64,000 nt of DNA from NCBI GenBank assembly GCA_963732385.1, contig CAVSZB010000007.1, forward strand, positions 992,001 to 1,056,000, read 5' to 3'. Of the stretch, positions 45,899 to 57,073 are shown one piece after another. Within the stretch, counting starts at the first letter, position 1. Each line of letters opens with the position of its first letter. A program made the translations under genes and the position numbers. This stretch comes from an uncultured bacterium (GTDB lineage Bacteria > Krumholzibacteriota > Krumholzibacteriia > LZORAL124-64-63). The notes under the pieces are model-generated. The model saw nothing but the letters and a program-made list of their open reading frames with translations. It ran no database searches and was not told the DNA's origin.

Positions 45899-47475
45899 CT
45901 CTCCCCGGCAGGGGGGCGGGAACCGGATCGGGCTTCCAGTTCGGCGTACGCGGCCGGCAGGGCGGCGGCCACCTCGCGCGCCAGCACGCTGCGCCGCGAG
46001 CCGGGCACCGCCGCGATCTCCCCGGCCCGTCCGTGCAGCCAGGCGCCCAGCAGCGCCGCCTCGCGCGCGCCGAGCCCCTGCGCCAGCAGGCCGCCGATCA
46101 GGCCGGTCAGCACATCCCCCGTCCCGCCATGCGCGAGCGCGTCGTCTCCGGGAGGATTGAAGTGCAGAGCTCCGTCGGGCGTGGCCACGAGCGCGGGCGA
46201 ACCCTTCAGGAGCAGCGTCACGCCCCAGCGCTCCGCCAGCTCCGGCGCCAGTTCGAGCCGCCGACTCTCCACCTCCGTGGCGGGAATGCCGATCAAGCCG
46301 GCCAGTTCCCCCGCATGCGGCGTGACCACGACCTCGCTTCCCCCGGTCCGCGGCGCCACGCCCAGACGGCCGAAGGCGGTGAAAGCATCCGCGTCCACGA
46401 CCGCCGGCAGCGACAGATCGCCGAGGAAGTCGACGACCCAGCGGTCGGTCCCGGGATCGGCGCCCAGACCGGGCCCGATCGCCACCGCATCGCGCCGCGC
46501 GAGCAGGCGCGCGGACAGGTCCGCGTCAAACGGGGCCAGGGTGCCGGCCGGGGTCACCGGCAGCGGCAGCAACAGCGCCTCGGGCAGCAGGGCCCGCAGC
46601 GATCCTTCGAGCAACTCCGGCGCCGCGACTGCGACCAGGCCGGCGCCGGAGCGCAGCGCGCCCAGACCCGCCAGCGCGGCCGCTCCCCCGAAGGCGCGCG
46701 ACCCGGCCACGACGAGCACCGATCCGCAGCGGTACTTGTGGGTGTCGGACCGGCGCACCGGCAGCAGAGCCGCGTACTCCGCCGGCGCCAGCCAGTGTCG
46801 ATCCGCCGTGCCCGCGCGCACGCGCCCGGCGTCAAAACCGATGTCGACGACCACCAGACGACCGACGTGGTCGCGCCCCGGCGGCAGCAGCAGACCGAGT
46901 TTCGGCAGGCCTACCGTCACTGTGGCGGCAGCGCGCACGGCGACGGGGTCGGCCAGGCCGGTGTCGCCCGCAACTCCCGAGGGGATATCCACGGCCAGCA
47001 CCGGCGCGCGCACCGCGGCGAATGCGGCCAGCAAAGCGACGTGCGGCGGCGCGATCGGCGGCACGACGCCGGTGCCGAACACGGCGTCCACGGCCAGACC
47101 GGCGCCGTCGCAGAGCGCCAGCCAGCGCTCCGCCCAGGCCTCCGGCCGGCACATCTCCACGCGCACCGACGACGGCAGGCGATCATGGTTGAGCCGGGCG
47201 TCAGGGGTCAGTTCTTCCGGCGCCGCCAGCAGCAGCACGCCCACCTCGAAGCCACGCTGCGCGAAGTGACGCGCCATGACCAGACCGTCGCCCCCGTTGT
47301 TCCCCCGGCCACAACAGAGCACCACCCGGGCCGGCGGGACCAGTCCGGGGAAGAGCGCCAGCGCCGCATGCGTAATCTCGCCGCCCGCGCGCTCCATCAG
47401 TTCGGCCCCCGGCACGCCGGCGGCGATGGCCCCGCGGTCGATGGCCGCCATTTCCCGTGCCGTGGCGACCCTCAT
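45895..47475 (-). CDS. nnr: Bifunctional NAD(P)H-hydrate epimerase/dehydratase
   Basis: LMERAG, GRGNNGGDG, DAVFGTG, VDIPSG; HKYRCG, IGPGLG, DADA, TPHAGE, GGTGDVLTG. Confidence 0.95.
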   Translation of the reverse strand: MRVATAREMAAIDRGAIAAGVPGAELMERAGGEITHAALALFPGLVPPARVVLCCGRGNNGGDGLVMARHFAQRGFEVGVLLLAAPEELTPDARLNHDRLPSSVRVEMCRPEAWAERWLALCDGAGLAVDAVFGTGVVPPIAPPHVALLAAFAAVRAPVLAVDIPSGVAGDTGLADPVAVRAAATVTVGLPKLGLLLPPGRDHVGRLVVVDIGFDAGRVRAGTADRHWLAPAEYAALLPVRRSDTHKYRCGSVLVVAGSRAFGGAAALAGLGALRSGAGLVAVAAPELLEGSLRALLPEALLLPLPVTPAGTLAPFDADLSARLLARRDAVAIGPGLGADPGTDRWVVDFLGDLSLPAVVDADAFTAFGRLGVAPRTGGSEVVVTPHAGELAGLIGIPATEVESRRLELAPELAERWGVTLLLKGSPALVATPDGALHFNPPGDDALAHGGTGDVLTGLIGGLLAQGLGAREAALLGAWLHGRAGEIAAVPGSRRSVLAREVAAALPAAYAELEARSGSRPPAGER

Positions 47476-48215
47476 GGGCTCACCGCCGCGGTTCCACCGT
47501 TGAGACGATCGAGAACGTCGAGCAGTTCCTGGAGATCGTCGATGATGAAGTCTGCGTCAGGCCGCGCCTCCGGCAAACGGTCGGTCGACTGGTAAGTGTC
47601 GCCGTACCGCGCGTAGACCGTGTGGATGCCCAGTTCCCCGGCGCCGGCGATATCGCGGGCGGGCCAGTCGCCCACCATCACCGCCTCGTGCGGCGCCACG
47701 CCGAGCCGATCGAGCGCCAGGCGGAACGGTTCGGGACTCGGTTTGCGATGGCCCGTGTCGTCGAAGGTGAGCACCACATCGAAGACGTGGTGCAGTTGCA
47801 GCATGCAGAGCCGGATCCACGCTTCGAAACGGGGCGCGTCGCTCAGCACCGCCAGACCATAGCCGCCCTTCAGAAGACGATTGAGAGTCAGGAGCGCGTG
47901 CGGATAGAGCACGAGCGTGCCGTCGCGCGAGCGACGGTACGCCACCACGGCGGCGGCGAGCATGCGATCGTCGACCGCGCCGTGCACATCCTGAAGGAAG
48001 GCGTTGAACACCCGCTGGTATTCGATCCCCTTGCGATCGTAGATGCCATAAATGCGCCGATACGCCTCCTCGTGCGGCAGGCGCAGCCCGGCGTCGATCA
48101 TGGCGTCGACCGCGGCCCGGATCGCCTGGTTCTTCGCCCCCATGAAGTCGTACAGCGTGTTGTCGAGATCGAAGATGATCGCCCGGATCGGGCTTCCACT
48201 CGGACGTTCAGGCAT
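47472..48215 (-). CDS. HAD-superfamily hydrolase
   Basis: FDLDNTL, KPSP, MVGD...DIAGA. Confidence 0.92.
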   Translation of the reverse strand: MPERPSGSPIRAIIFDLDNTLYDFMGAKNQAIRAAVDAMIDAGLRLPHEEAYRRIYGIYDRKGIEYQRVFNAFLQDVHGAVDDRMLAAAVVAYRRSRDGTLVLYPHALLTLNRLLKGGYGLAVLSDAPRFEAWIRLCMLQLHHVFDVVLTFDDTGHRKPSPEPFRLALDRLGVAPHEAVMVGDWPARDIAGAGELGIHTVYARYGDTYQSTDRLPEARPDADFIIDDLQELLDVLDRLNGGTAAVSP

Positions 48216-48383
48216 GACACTCCTTTGCCGCCCCCTCTCCGGCCGCGCGATTCGCGACCAGGATATCAGCGCCCGGGGTGGCGCGTCGGGCCGACAGGAG
48301 GCATCTTAGGCGGTCAGGCGCGCCGTGCCAAGGGCGCCGCGCCGCGGGGCCGCACCGGCGCGGCGTCGCCTCCGGAGGAGCGC

Positions 48384-49262
48384 ATGCCCGAACCGACCCT
48401 GCCGCCCCCGGCACCGCCCGCTTTGCCCGACCCTCCCGCCGGGAATTCCGGTCCACCGCCCGGCCTCTGGACCGCCTGGAGCTCTGTCCGGCTGCTCGCC
48501 TGGGCCGGGGCCTGCCTGCTCGGCAACGCCGCGGTGCAGAGCGTGACCTTCGCGCTCACCGACGACATCTTCCTGCCGGTGGCCGCCGGCGGTCTGCTCG
48601 GCATGCTGCTGCCGACCTGGCTCGTCGCCCGCGCCCACGGCTGCGGACTCGCGCGCGACTTCGGCTTCGACCGCCCCCGCGCCGGCGTCCTGTTCTGGAC
48701 CGCGGTCGCGGTCGCCGGCTCGTTCGCGCCCACCGCCCTGCTGGCGGCGCTCTCGGCGCGCATCCGACCGGTGCCGCCGGAATGGGAGGCGCTCTTCACC
48801 TCCCACCTGCCACGGACTGCGGCGGCGACCGGCGGGGCGTTTCTCGCGGTCGCGGTGGCGGTCCCGCTGGCGGAGGAGCTGCTTTTCCGCGGCATCCTGC
48901 AGCGGCTCGCCGCGCGCCGCTGGGGCGATCTGGCGGGCGTCGTGCTGGGGGCGCTCCTGTTCGCGATCCTGCATCTGGAACCGTGGTATCTGCTGGGGTT
49001 GCTCGGGGTGGGACTGCTGCTCGGCTACGTCTGGGCGGTCACGCGCTCCCTGACCGTCTGCGCGGTGGCGCACGGACTGCACAACGCCGCGGCCCTGACC
49101 ATGATGCTGCGCCAGGGCGGGGAGGCCGGCTCGCCGGCCGTCATCGAACGCGCCGACTGGCTCTGGCTCGCAGCGTCCTTGCCGATCCTCGCGCTGGGGT
49201 GCGCGGGACTGGCGCGGGCGGTCCGGCGGGAGAACCCGCACGTCCCCGGCGCGGATAGCTGA
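48384..49262 (+). CDS. CPBP (CAAX/Abi) family intramembrane glutamic endopeptidase
   Basis: EELLFRG, FAILH, AHGLHN; multiple TM helices; GGAGGAG RBS before ATG 48384. Confidence 0.9.
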   Translation: MPEPTLPPPAPPALPDPPAGNSGPPPGLWTAWSSVRLLAWAGACLLGNAAVQSVTFALTDDIFLPVAAGGLLGMLLPTWLVARAHGCGLARDFGFDRPRAGVLFWTAVAVAGSFAPTALLAALSARIRPVPPEWEALFTSHLPRTAAATGGAFLAVAVAVPLAEELLFRGILQRLAARRWGDLAGVVLGALLFAILHLEPWYLLGLLGVGLLLGYVWAVTRSLTVCAVAHGLHNAAALTMMLRQGGEAGSPAVIERADWLWLAASLPILALGCAGLARAVRRENPHVPGADS

Positions 49263-49284
49263 TAGGCAATGAGCCGGTCCCGGC

Positions 49285-50613
49285 TCAGGTTTTCTGGGGT
49301 TTTTTGCGGGCGGCCGGAAAGAGAACATTGTTCAGGATCAGCCGGTAGCCGGGCGAGGTGGGGTAGAGGTCAAGATCGGTGGGCGGATCCCCCACCGCGT
49401 GCTGGTAGTCCTCGGGATCGTGCCCGCCGAGAAACGTGAACGTGCCCTGGCCATGCTTGCCGTGGAGGTAGCGCACCTCGTCAGTCCCCTCCACCTGCGC
49501 CAGCACGATCACCGGGCGCTTGAGAAACCGCCTGTGGAAGCCGGTGGTCTGGCCCATGAAACCGTTCAGCACGTTGACATGGTCCTGGGTCAGCATCGCC
49601 GGCACCGGGTCGATCTTCGCGGAAAAGCCGAAGAGGGTGAAATCGTCGCCTTCCGGACCGCGCAACTGCGCCTCCTCGGTGGTGTCGATCGTCGAGTACT
49701 CGTAGACCAGCGGGTTGACGACGAGACTCCAGCCCTGGAACGCGAAGGCGCGACCATCTTCCCGTTTCGCTTCGCGGGCCCCGTCGAGCCCGTCCCCGTC
49801 ATATTCGACCGGCACGATGTCCACGACCAGATAGCTGAGCGCGATGTCGATCGTATCGGTGGCGGAACACATGGCGAACAGGAAGCCACCCGCCGACACG
49901 TAGTCCGAGATGCGCAACGCCACCGCCTGCTTGAGCTGCCAGACCTTCGCAAACCCTAGTTCGCGCGCCAGATTCTCATTGAAGTCCTTCTGCTCGAGAT
50001 ACCACGGTTCGAGCTGCAGGGAGTAGAACTTGCCCGACTGCCCGGTAAAATCCTCGTGGTGCAGGTGGATCCAGTCGAACTCGCGCAGCCCCCCCGCCAG
50101 CACCTCGCGGTCGTAGATCTTCGTGTAGGGGATGTCCGCATAGTCGAGCGCGAGCATCACGGCATCGTCCCACGGCTGCGCGTAGGGCGGCGTGTAGACC
50201 GCGATGCGCGGCGCGGCCTCCAGCAACACCTCTTCCATGTTCTCCCGCGCGACGGTCGCACGTACGACCGCCACATCCGCTTCGGACAACAGATCGAACC
50301 GCACGCCCATCACCCGCGCCTCGACCCGCGCACGCTCCGTCGCGCGCAGCAGGAAACTGCCGCCGCGGTAGTTCAGCAGCCAGCTGACCGGTTCATCCGC
50401 CTGCAGCGCGTGGTAGGCATACCCGTAGGCACGCAGGTGATTCGTCTGGCCCAGGTCCATCGGCACGAGCAGCCAGTCGGCGGCGCCGGCCGGGGCGGCG
50501 ACACAGACGCAGACGAGCGCGAGCAGCCAGCCGGGCAGGCGTGTCGTCGCGCCGGGCGGCCCCCACGGCCGCGGACGCCCGCCGACGCCGGAGAAGACGC
50601 AATGGCGTTTCAT
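49285..50613 (-). CDS. Conserved exported protein with class I glutamine-amidotransferase-like domain (family often labelled 'asparagine synthetase B')
   Basis: Signal peptide; PMD..QTNHLRAYG, WLLNYRGGSF, PWDDAV, HLHHEDFTGQ, FAMCSATD, GGHDPEDY, GYRLILNNVLFPAA. Lacks AsnB features such as the N-terminal Cys. Confidence 0.8.
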   Translation of the reverse strand: MKRHCVFSGVGGRPRPWGPPGATTRLPGWLLALVCVCVAAPAGAADWLLVPMDLGQTNHLRAYGYAYHALQADEPVSWLLNYRGGSFLLRATERARVEARVMGVRFDLLSEADVAVVRATVARENMEEVLLEAAPRIAVYTPPYAQPWDDAVMLALDYADIPYTKIYDREVLAGGLREFDWIHLHHEDFTGQSGKFYSLQLEPWYLEQKDFNENLARELGFAKVWQLKQAVALRISDYVSAGGFLFAMCSATDTIDIALSYLVVDIVPVEYDGDGLDGAREAKREDGRAFAFQGWSLVVNPLVYEYSTIDTTEEAQLRGPEGDDFTLFGFSAKIDPVPAMLTQDHVNVLNGFMGQTTGFHRRFLKRPVIVLAQVEGTDEVRYLHGKHGQGTFTFLGGHDPEDYQHAVGDPPTDLDLYPTSPGYRLILNNVLFPAARKKPQKT

Positions 50614-52649
50614 GGCCGACTCCGCAGGCGGTCGCGGACATCATCCGCGAACAGGTATTCCGGATACTGCACCAGCAGGCGCTCCCACGCCGCGCGCGCG
50701 CCGTCCGGATCGCCCCGGTCCAGCCTGATCTCCCCCTCCAGCGCCAGCGCCTCGGCGGGATAGCGACCGTCGGGGTGGTCGCGCACGATTGCCGCGCACT
50801 GCGCGAGCGCTTCCGCAGAGCGGCCGGCGGTGCGATGGAGCCGCGCCAGTTCGTACCGGGCCTGCTCCAGCAGACGCGCGTCCGACCCCGGATCGCCCGC
50901 CGCCACCGCAGTCGCCGCGTAACGCTCCAGGGCGAAGCACTGCGAATCCGGCTGCGCGGTGATCTGGAACAGCACGCTGCGAGCGTAGCGTCCCAGCGCC
51001 TCCGGCCCGCCGGCCGGATTTTCCAGCTCCTCGGCCACGATCAGGCCGAGCGCGAGAGCATCATTGGCGTAGTCGGCCAGCGGGTTCTCGAGCGCCACGG
51101 CGGCGAGCCGATCGCGGGCCGTCTCAAAGTGGCCCTCCGCCAGGTCGAGCCGCGCCAGCGCCCAGTGCGCGCTCCCGGCGGCGGCCCGCTGCGCGGTGTG
51201 GGGGGTGCGCCCGAGCTGCGTCAGCACGACCCGCCCGCGCGCCGTATCGCCCGCCGCGAGATAGCACTCCCCCAGCGCCAGGCGCGCCAGCGCGACCCCC
51301 TCAAGCGGCAGGTCCAGGTCCGTGAGCATCCGCTCGAGCCGCGCGGCCGCCTCCGCCGGACGGTGCAGCGCGTCGCGGGTGTGGCGGGCGAGCAGAATCT
51401 GCGCCGCATAGAGGTGGGACGAGCCGGGGCTTCCCTCCCGCACGAGGGCCAGCACCCGGTCGAACCTCTGCGCCGCCGCCTCGGGATCGGCGGCGAGCAG
51501 CTCCGCGCGCAGGGCGTCCTCAGCGCTCTGGGCCAGCAGGTCGAGCGCGCGCGGCCGAAATCCGGGCGAGAGCGCGCCGGGAGCGCCGAGCCGCTCGAGG
51601 AGGGTCAGCAGGAACCCGGTCATCGCGCCGCGCGCGGCGGGGTCGGACGTCAACGGCGCCTCCCGGACAAGAGTGGCGCAGAGCTGCAACACGGCAGCCG
51701 CCTGATTCGGCTCGCCCAGAAGCGGCGTTACGGTCGCGATCGCCGCCGCCTCCTCCCCCAGGCGCAACTGCAGGCTCGCGGCCAGGATTGCCACTCCGCT
51801 CGCCCCGATTGCGTCCGGGTCGCCGAGCGCGCGCAGGGCGTGGACGAGCCGCCGGGACAGGTCCGGCGTCAACACCATGTCCAGCAGGTCCGCGCGCAGC
51901 AGCGGCAGGTTCAGCGGATCGGCGAGGGCCTGGTCCCGCAGCGCCTGCGCCCCTTCCGCGAGGCGGTCGAGGGCCAGCAGGCTGGCCGTCCGCTGGCGCG
52001 CCAGCAGCCGGACGCCGCCCGGTCGGCTGCCCATACGATCGCACAGCGCCAGCGCCTCATCGTGCCGTCCCGCGCGCTGCCACAGATCGACGGCCACGAG
52101 GGCGCCGCTGAGCGGGTCGGGGCTGACCGCGAGAAAACTGTCCACGACGGCCCGCGCGGCCGGCACCTCCGTCATGATCATCAGCGCCCCGGCCAACTCC
52201 CGCAGGAAACGCGCACTGCCCGGCTGCCCGGCCAGACCCTCGCGGCACAGGCGCACGGTCCCGGCGGGATCGCCCTCGGCCCTGGACAGGGCGATCCAGC
52301 GCGGCAGCGATTCGCGCCGGGGAACACCCTCCGCCTCCACGCCGGCCAGGGTCTGACGGGCCCGCGCGACCTGACCCAGGGCGAGCAGCTTGTCGACCTC
52401 CGCCAGCCGCAACTGCCACTCGGCCAGCGGCATGGCTGGCGAGAGCCGCGAACGCGGCAGCGGGATCATCCCCGGCGGCAAAGAGAGCGGCGGCTGATCA
52501 GGACCAGGCACGACCGGAGCGGGCCGCAAAGCGGGGGGGGGCGTCACCGGCCGCGCCGTCGCCAGGCGGATCGTCCCCCCGGGCCCTCCGCAGACGACCG
52601 CCAACATCAGGCTCACAACCAGCGCGCGGCCGGACCGGGTCGGCGTCAT
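50610..52649 (-). CDS. Exported tetratricopeptide-repeat protein
   Basis: Signal-like N-terminus; repeated helical TPR-type patterns (LALGECY, ARYELARL, LLVQYP); ATGA overlaps on both sides. Confidence 0.8.
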   Translation of the reverse strand: MTPTRSGRALVVSLMLAVVCGGPGGTIRLATARPVTPPPALRPAPVVPGPDQPPLSLPPGMIPLPRSRLSPAMPLAEWQLRLAEVDKLLALGQVARARQTLAGVEAEGVPRRESLPRWIALSRAEGDPAGTVRLCREGLAGQPGSARFLRELAGALMIMTEVPAARAVVDSFLAVSPDPLSGALVAVDLWQRAGRHDEALALCDRMGSRPGGVRLLARQRTASLLALDRLAEGAQALRDQALADPLNLPLLRADLLDMVLTPDLSRRLVHALRALGDPDAIGASGVAILAASLQLRLGEEAAAIATVTPLLGEPNQAAAVLQLCATLVREAPLTSDPAARGAMTGFLLTLLERLGAPGALSPGFRPRALDLLAQSAEDALRAELLAADPEAAAQRFDRVLALVREGSPGSSHLYAAQILLARHTRDALHRPAEAAARLERMLTDLDLPLEGVALARLALGECYLAAGDTARGRVVLTQLGRTPHTAQRAAAGSAHWALARLDLAEGHFETARDRLAAVALENPLADYANDALALGLIVAEELENPAGGPEALGRYARSVLFQITAQPDSQCFALERYAATAVAAGDPGSDARLLEQARYELARLHRTAGRSAEALAQCAAIVRDHPDGRYPAEALALEGEIRLDRGDPDGARAAWERLLVQYPEYLFADDVRDRLRSRP

Positions 52650-55600
52650 CGCACGGCTCCCGGAACCGGGGCCGGCTCCGGCCGATCCGGCACCGCCACC
52701 GGCGGCGAGAGTAGATTCTCCAGCGCCAGGTAGTACCGCCGCACCAGATCGCGATAGTCCGCCGGAGCCTTCGCCACGGACTCCTGACGGCGTTGGAAGA
52801 AGGGCGCCGCACCACCCGCCGAAGGGGCGTCCCCTTCGCCCTGCTGCCGCGCGAACGGCGTCCCCGCGGCGCGGCTCTCGCGTCGCCGGGTGAAATCGCG
52901 CTTGCGGACCGAATTGTGCGCATCGAGCAACCGGCCCAGGATCCGCTCCTGTCGCGCGAGCGTTTCGTCGTCGACGCGCCCCGCCCCCAGATCGTCGGCC
53001 ACCCGTTCCATGTCTCGCGCCAGCTGGTCAAGATCGCCCAGCACCCGTTCGCCCGGAGGCGCGGTCCGCTCGCCACGCGCCAGCTCCTCCAGCCGGCCGG
53101 CGAGCCCCCCCTGCTCCGACTGCAGTCGCTGCATGCGGGCCCGCGCCTCCTGGCTCGGTCCCTGCTTCTGCATCTGGCGCTGCAGTTCCTGCGCCAGGGC
53201 GTTGAGTCCCGCCTGTTCCTGGGCCATCTGCTGCAACTGCCCGCTCGGCGTCGGCATGGCCCCCCCGCCGCCACTCCCCTGCCCGGTCTGCTGCGCGGCG
53301 GTGAGCAGATCGATCACGATCCGGTTGATCTTCCCGATGCTGTCCCGCGATTCGCGTCTGGCCATGGCGCCGGTCCGCTGCTCCAGCCCCTGCACGGCGC
53401 CGTTGAGCCCCCCCACGACGGCGTCCAGATCGCGCATCATCCGCATGGAGATCGCAGGCGATCGGGAGCCGACCTCCTGCATCCGGTCACGCACCCCGCG
53501 CGCCGCCCGCAGCACGCGGTTCTGGCGCCGCGCCAGATCCCCCAGCGCCACGCCACGCAACTCGGCCGGCACCGAGCCGGCGATCTCCTCCTCGCGCTCG
53601 GAGAGGGCCAGCAGATCCGCGGCGATACGGCGCAGATTGACGGCGGTGTACTGCTGCATGGCCCCCTGCATCTGCATCTGTCCACGCAGCAGGACGTGAT
53701 AAAGCGCGGCCAGTTCGCGCAAAGCCTGCTGCTGCGGCTCCTGCGGCGGTGGCGACGGCGACGGCGGGGGGGGCGGCGGCGCGGAGAGTCGGCGCGACGC
53801 TTCCGCCATATCCTGATCGGGCCGCTGCTCCTGCAGCTGCTTCAGCGCCTCCTGCAGCGCCTCGCGCATCGCCTCGGCCGTTGGACCGGCTTCCCGGTCA
53901 GGGGCGCGGTCACGGTCGCGCTCGAGCCGGTCGAGCGCCTCGCGCAGCCGCGCCTCGAGTTGGCGCACCTCCTCCGCAAGGGCGGTCTGGCGCTGCGCTT
54001 CCTCTGCCGACTGCGGCGACGGTATTGGCGCCGACTGCGGCGACGCCGGAGACGGCGCCTGCTCCGCCGACCCGGTCCGGCCCGCGTCGGTGCGCTTCCC
54101 TGTGCTGTCGGTCCCGGCGGCGTCGAGCAGGGCCTGTTGTTCTCGCAGCAGGCGCTCGACCACCGACGTCAGCCCCTCCATCTCCTGTTCCCGGGCCATC
54201 TCCTTCAGCAACCCGATGGCGCGGTCGAGACGCTCCTTGTACTCCTCCTGGTTCCGGGCGATCTGCTCCATGGCCTGCCGCACCTGCTCCGGAGACAGCC
54301 CGGCGGCCTGTTCACGCAACTGTTCCAGGAGCCGGTCCAGCTCCTCGCTGCGCACCTGTTCGATCAGCGCGGCGACCTCCTGCATCTTCCCGAGCAGTTC
54401 GACCGAGTTCAGGTTGTCCTGCTCGAGGCGCGCGATATCCTGCTGCAGCGCCTGCGCCGCGTTCCGGTACTCGTCCTGCAGGGCGCGCTGCCGTTCGAGC
54501 GCCGCCTGCACCTGCTGCCGCTGCTCCCACCCGGCGCGGGCGTCCTGCCGCAGATCCCGGTCGAGCTTCTCGAGTTCATGCGTGAGCTCTTCCCCCTGCG
54601 ACGCAGCCCCTCCAGCGCCTCCACCCGGTCCCGGCCGCCACCCACCTCGTCGGCAAGGATCTCGGTCGCCGATGGCAGGGCCAGCCGCAGCACAGACGAA
54701 CGGGTGCTGCCGGACGGGCCAGGCTCGCGGTTGTCGGTGACCTCGACACAGAGCGCGAGCACGTCCCCCGACCGGAGTTCAAGCCCCGCGGTTTCCAGCG
54801 CCAGCGGCAGGGCGAGCGGCCCGGCCGGGACGGCACCCGCGAGCGGTCCCGCGGCCACCGCGGCGGCGCCCCACGACGTTGCCAGGCCGAGGGCCCCTTC
54901 CCCGCCAGGGCCGTGCGGCGGCCAGATGGTGACGCGGCTCCAGTCCGGCCATTCACCGGCCGCCGTCTCCGCCGGCTCCCCCTCGCCACGTTCGCGGCGC
55001 AGCAGCAGATCGAGCCTGGTCACGCCATAGTCATCGCCGGCGCCGGCGACGAGCTCCACGTGCCCATCCCCCGGCAGGCGCCCGTCGTCGGCGGGACGCG
55101 TCAGAGTGGCCGCGGGCGGGGCGTCGGGAATCGCCTCGACGCCATAGGTCACGCGGGGGGAGTTCTCGAGACCGCGCCGATCGCGCAGCCGGACCGTGTA
55201 GACGAGCGCGTCCTTCACGACAGCGGCGCCGCGCAACGTGTCTCCCCGCACGACCAGCGGCACGGTATCGCCTCCGGCCGTGACGACCACGGCGCGCGTG
55301 ACCGCGCCCGCGGCGAGCCCCAGCCACGTCAGCCGGCTGCCGGAAGGCGCCTGCAGACGGCCCGGGAACCGCGCCATGGTCTGTGCCGGCAGGCGTGTGT
55401 AGGCGGGCGGCAGCAGCGTCCCGCCCCATACTCCCAGCAACGGCGGGTGGATGACAGTCACCGCGGCCTCGGCGGTGGTGGCGCCGTCACGACCGAAGCG
55501 GTAGACGAAGGACTCGCGCACATCCGGCAGAGTCGCCGACCAGGTTGTCCCCATCCGGCCGAACGGGGCGCGGGTCGGCGCGCAGGTCACCCGCTGCCAC

Positions 55601-56319
55601 AGGCCGCTGCCGACACGCAGCTCGCAGGCCACCGGCGCACGATTGCGGCCGAGATCGCGCGCGGCAATGGTCACGTCGGCGCCGGCGATCACCTCGCGCG
55701 GTCCTTCGATCAGATAAATCCCTGCGCCGGGCGGGAGGCGTTCGTCGCGCAGCGGCAGCAGCAGCCGCAGGCCCCCGACCGCGAAGCGTTGCGGGGCCAT
55801 CGCCCCGGCCCACAGGAGCAGACCGGCGGCCAGGGTCGCGCCGAGGATCGTCACCCAGGCGCCCGGCAGCGGCAGCCGTCGCCCCAGCCGGATTTCCAGC
55901 GTCCGGCCCAGCGCGGATGTGTACAGCCGGTCCACCAGCGCGGCCGACACGCCCGCCCCGGGGCCCCAGCGATCGGGCCGGCGGGCCGCCTCCTCCGCCG
56001 CCACGAGCAGGTTGTCCAGCCCGCCCCGCTGTTCGAGCTCGCGGCAGAGGGCGCCGCGATCCCGCAGACGCAGCAGAGGTCGCGCCAGTCGTGTCCAGGC
56101 CACGGCCGCCACGAGCGCCAGCGTGCAGACCAGCAGTCCGCCCCGCGCCGCCGCCGAAGGGGCAATCTCGCCACCGAGCGCCCAGGCGGCGACGATCCCG
56201 AGGAGCCCCGCCGCCGCCACGAGGGAGAGGACGCCGTGGAGCAGCACGCGGCGCCGCGCGGCGCCCAGCAGGCACCCGAGCTCACGGTCGAATCGCCCCC
56301 GGGACTCTGTGTCGGCCAT
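52646..56319 (-). CDS. DUF4175-like membrane protein with long Q/E coiled coil; -1 frameshift near 54592-54596
   Basis: Three N-terminal TM helices, PPAYTRL, DDYGV, VTDN. The two ORFs join if one G is added to a G5 run (LRRRG-EELTHELEKL). C-terminal RQERILGRLLDA...R and YRDLVRRYY. Confidence 0.78.
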
Positions 56320-56347
56320 CGTTGCTCCCGCCGCGCCGCGCGTCGGT

Positions 56348-57073
56348 TCAGGGACTGGTCAGGGCGTACATGAGAACGTTCACGGCCATCCGGACCGCCG
56401 CCTCGCGGAGCGCGGGCGGATCGCCGTGCACCTCCGGATCTTCCAGCCCGTCCCCGATGTCGCTGGAGAAACTGTAGAAGACGACCAGACGACCGCCACG
56501 ATATACGCCGAACCCTTGCGCCGGTTCCCCGTCGTGTTCGTGGATCTTGGGCAGGCCCGGCAGATCATAGAAGGCGTGGTAGATCGGATCGTCCGAGCCG
56601 ACCCGCCGCAGCGGCGCGTCGGGATAGAGCCGCACCATCAATTCCCGGAACGACGCATCCAGACCATAGTTGTCGTCGGCCCAGAGGAAGCCCCCCGCCT
56701 CGAGGTAGCGCCGCAGGACCGTCAGTTCCGCCTCCGCGAGCGCAATGCGGCCGTGTCCGGTCAGATACAGCAGCGGATAGCGGTGGAGGTCCTCACTGTC
56801 GAGGGCGACGACCGCCTCCTCGCGCGCGGTCGGCAGCCCGGTGCGCGCGGCGAACTGCTCCAGCCAGTTCGGCAGCGAACTGGGATTGGCGTACCAGTCA
56901 CCCCCGCCCGGATAGCGCAGCCGTCCCACCTGGAGATCGGATTCGGCCGCCGCCGCGACCGGGATACCGGCCACGCCGGCGAGCAGGGCCAGCACGACCG
57001 CACCCGCCACCGCGAGGGCGGCCGCGGCGCGGCTGGGGGCCATCCGCCGGGCGGCCTCAGGGCCGGTGCTCAT
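56348..57073 (-). CDS. DUF4159 domain protein
   Basis: Signal peptide; RLRYPGGGDWY, YLTGHG, YLEAGGFLWADD, LPKIHEHD, DIGDG.ED, MAVN; start 57073 or 57043. Confidence 0.88.
   Translation of the reverse strand: MSTGPEAARRMAPSRAAAALAVAGAVVLALLAGVAGIPVAAAAESDLQVGRLRYPGGGDWYANPSSLPNWLEQFAARTGLPTAREEAVVALDSEDLHRYPLLYLTGHGRIALAEAELTVLRRYLEAGGFLWADDNYGLDASFRELMVRLYPDAPLRRVGSDDPIYHAFYDLPGLPKIHEHDGEPAQGFGVYRGGRLVVFYSFSSDIGDGLEDPEVHGDPPALREAAVRMAVNVLMYALTSP

Noticed and set aside
54006..54045. 16-bp direct repeat with a 24-bp period
   Set aside because: Two copies only, in frame within a Pro/Ser linker (SPQSA twice); not CRISPR or a mobile-element end.
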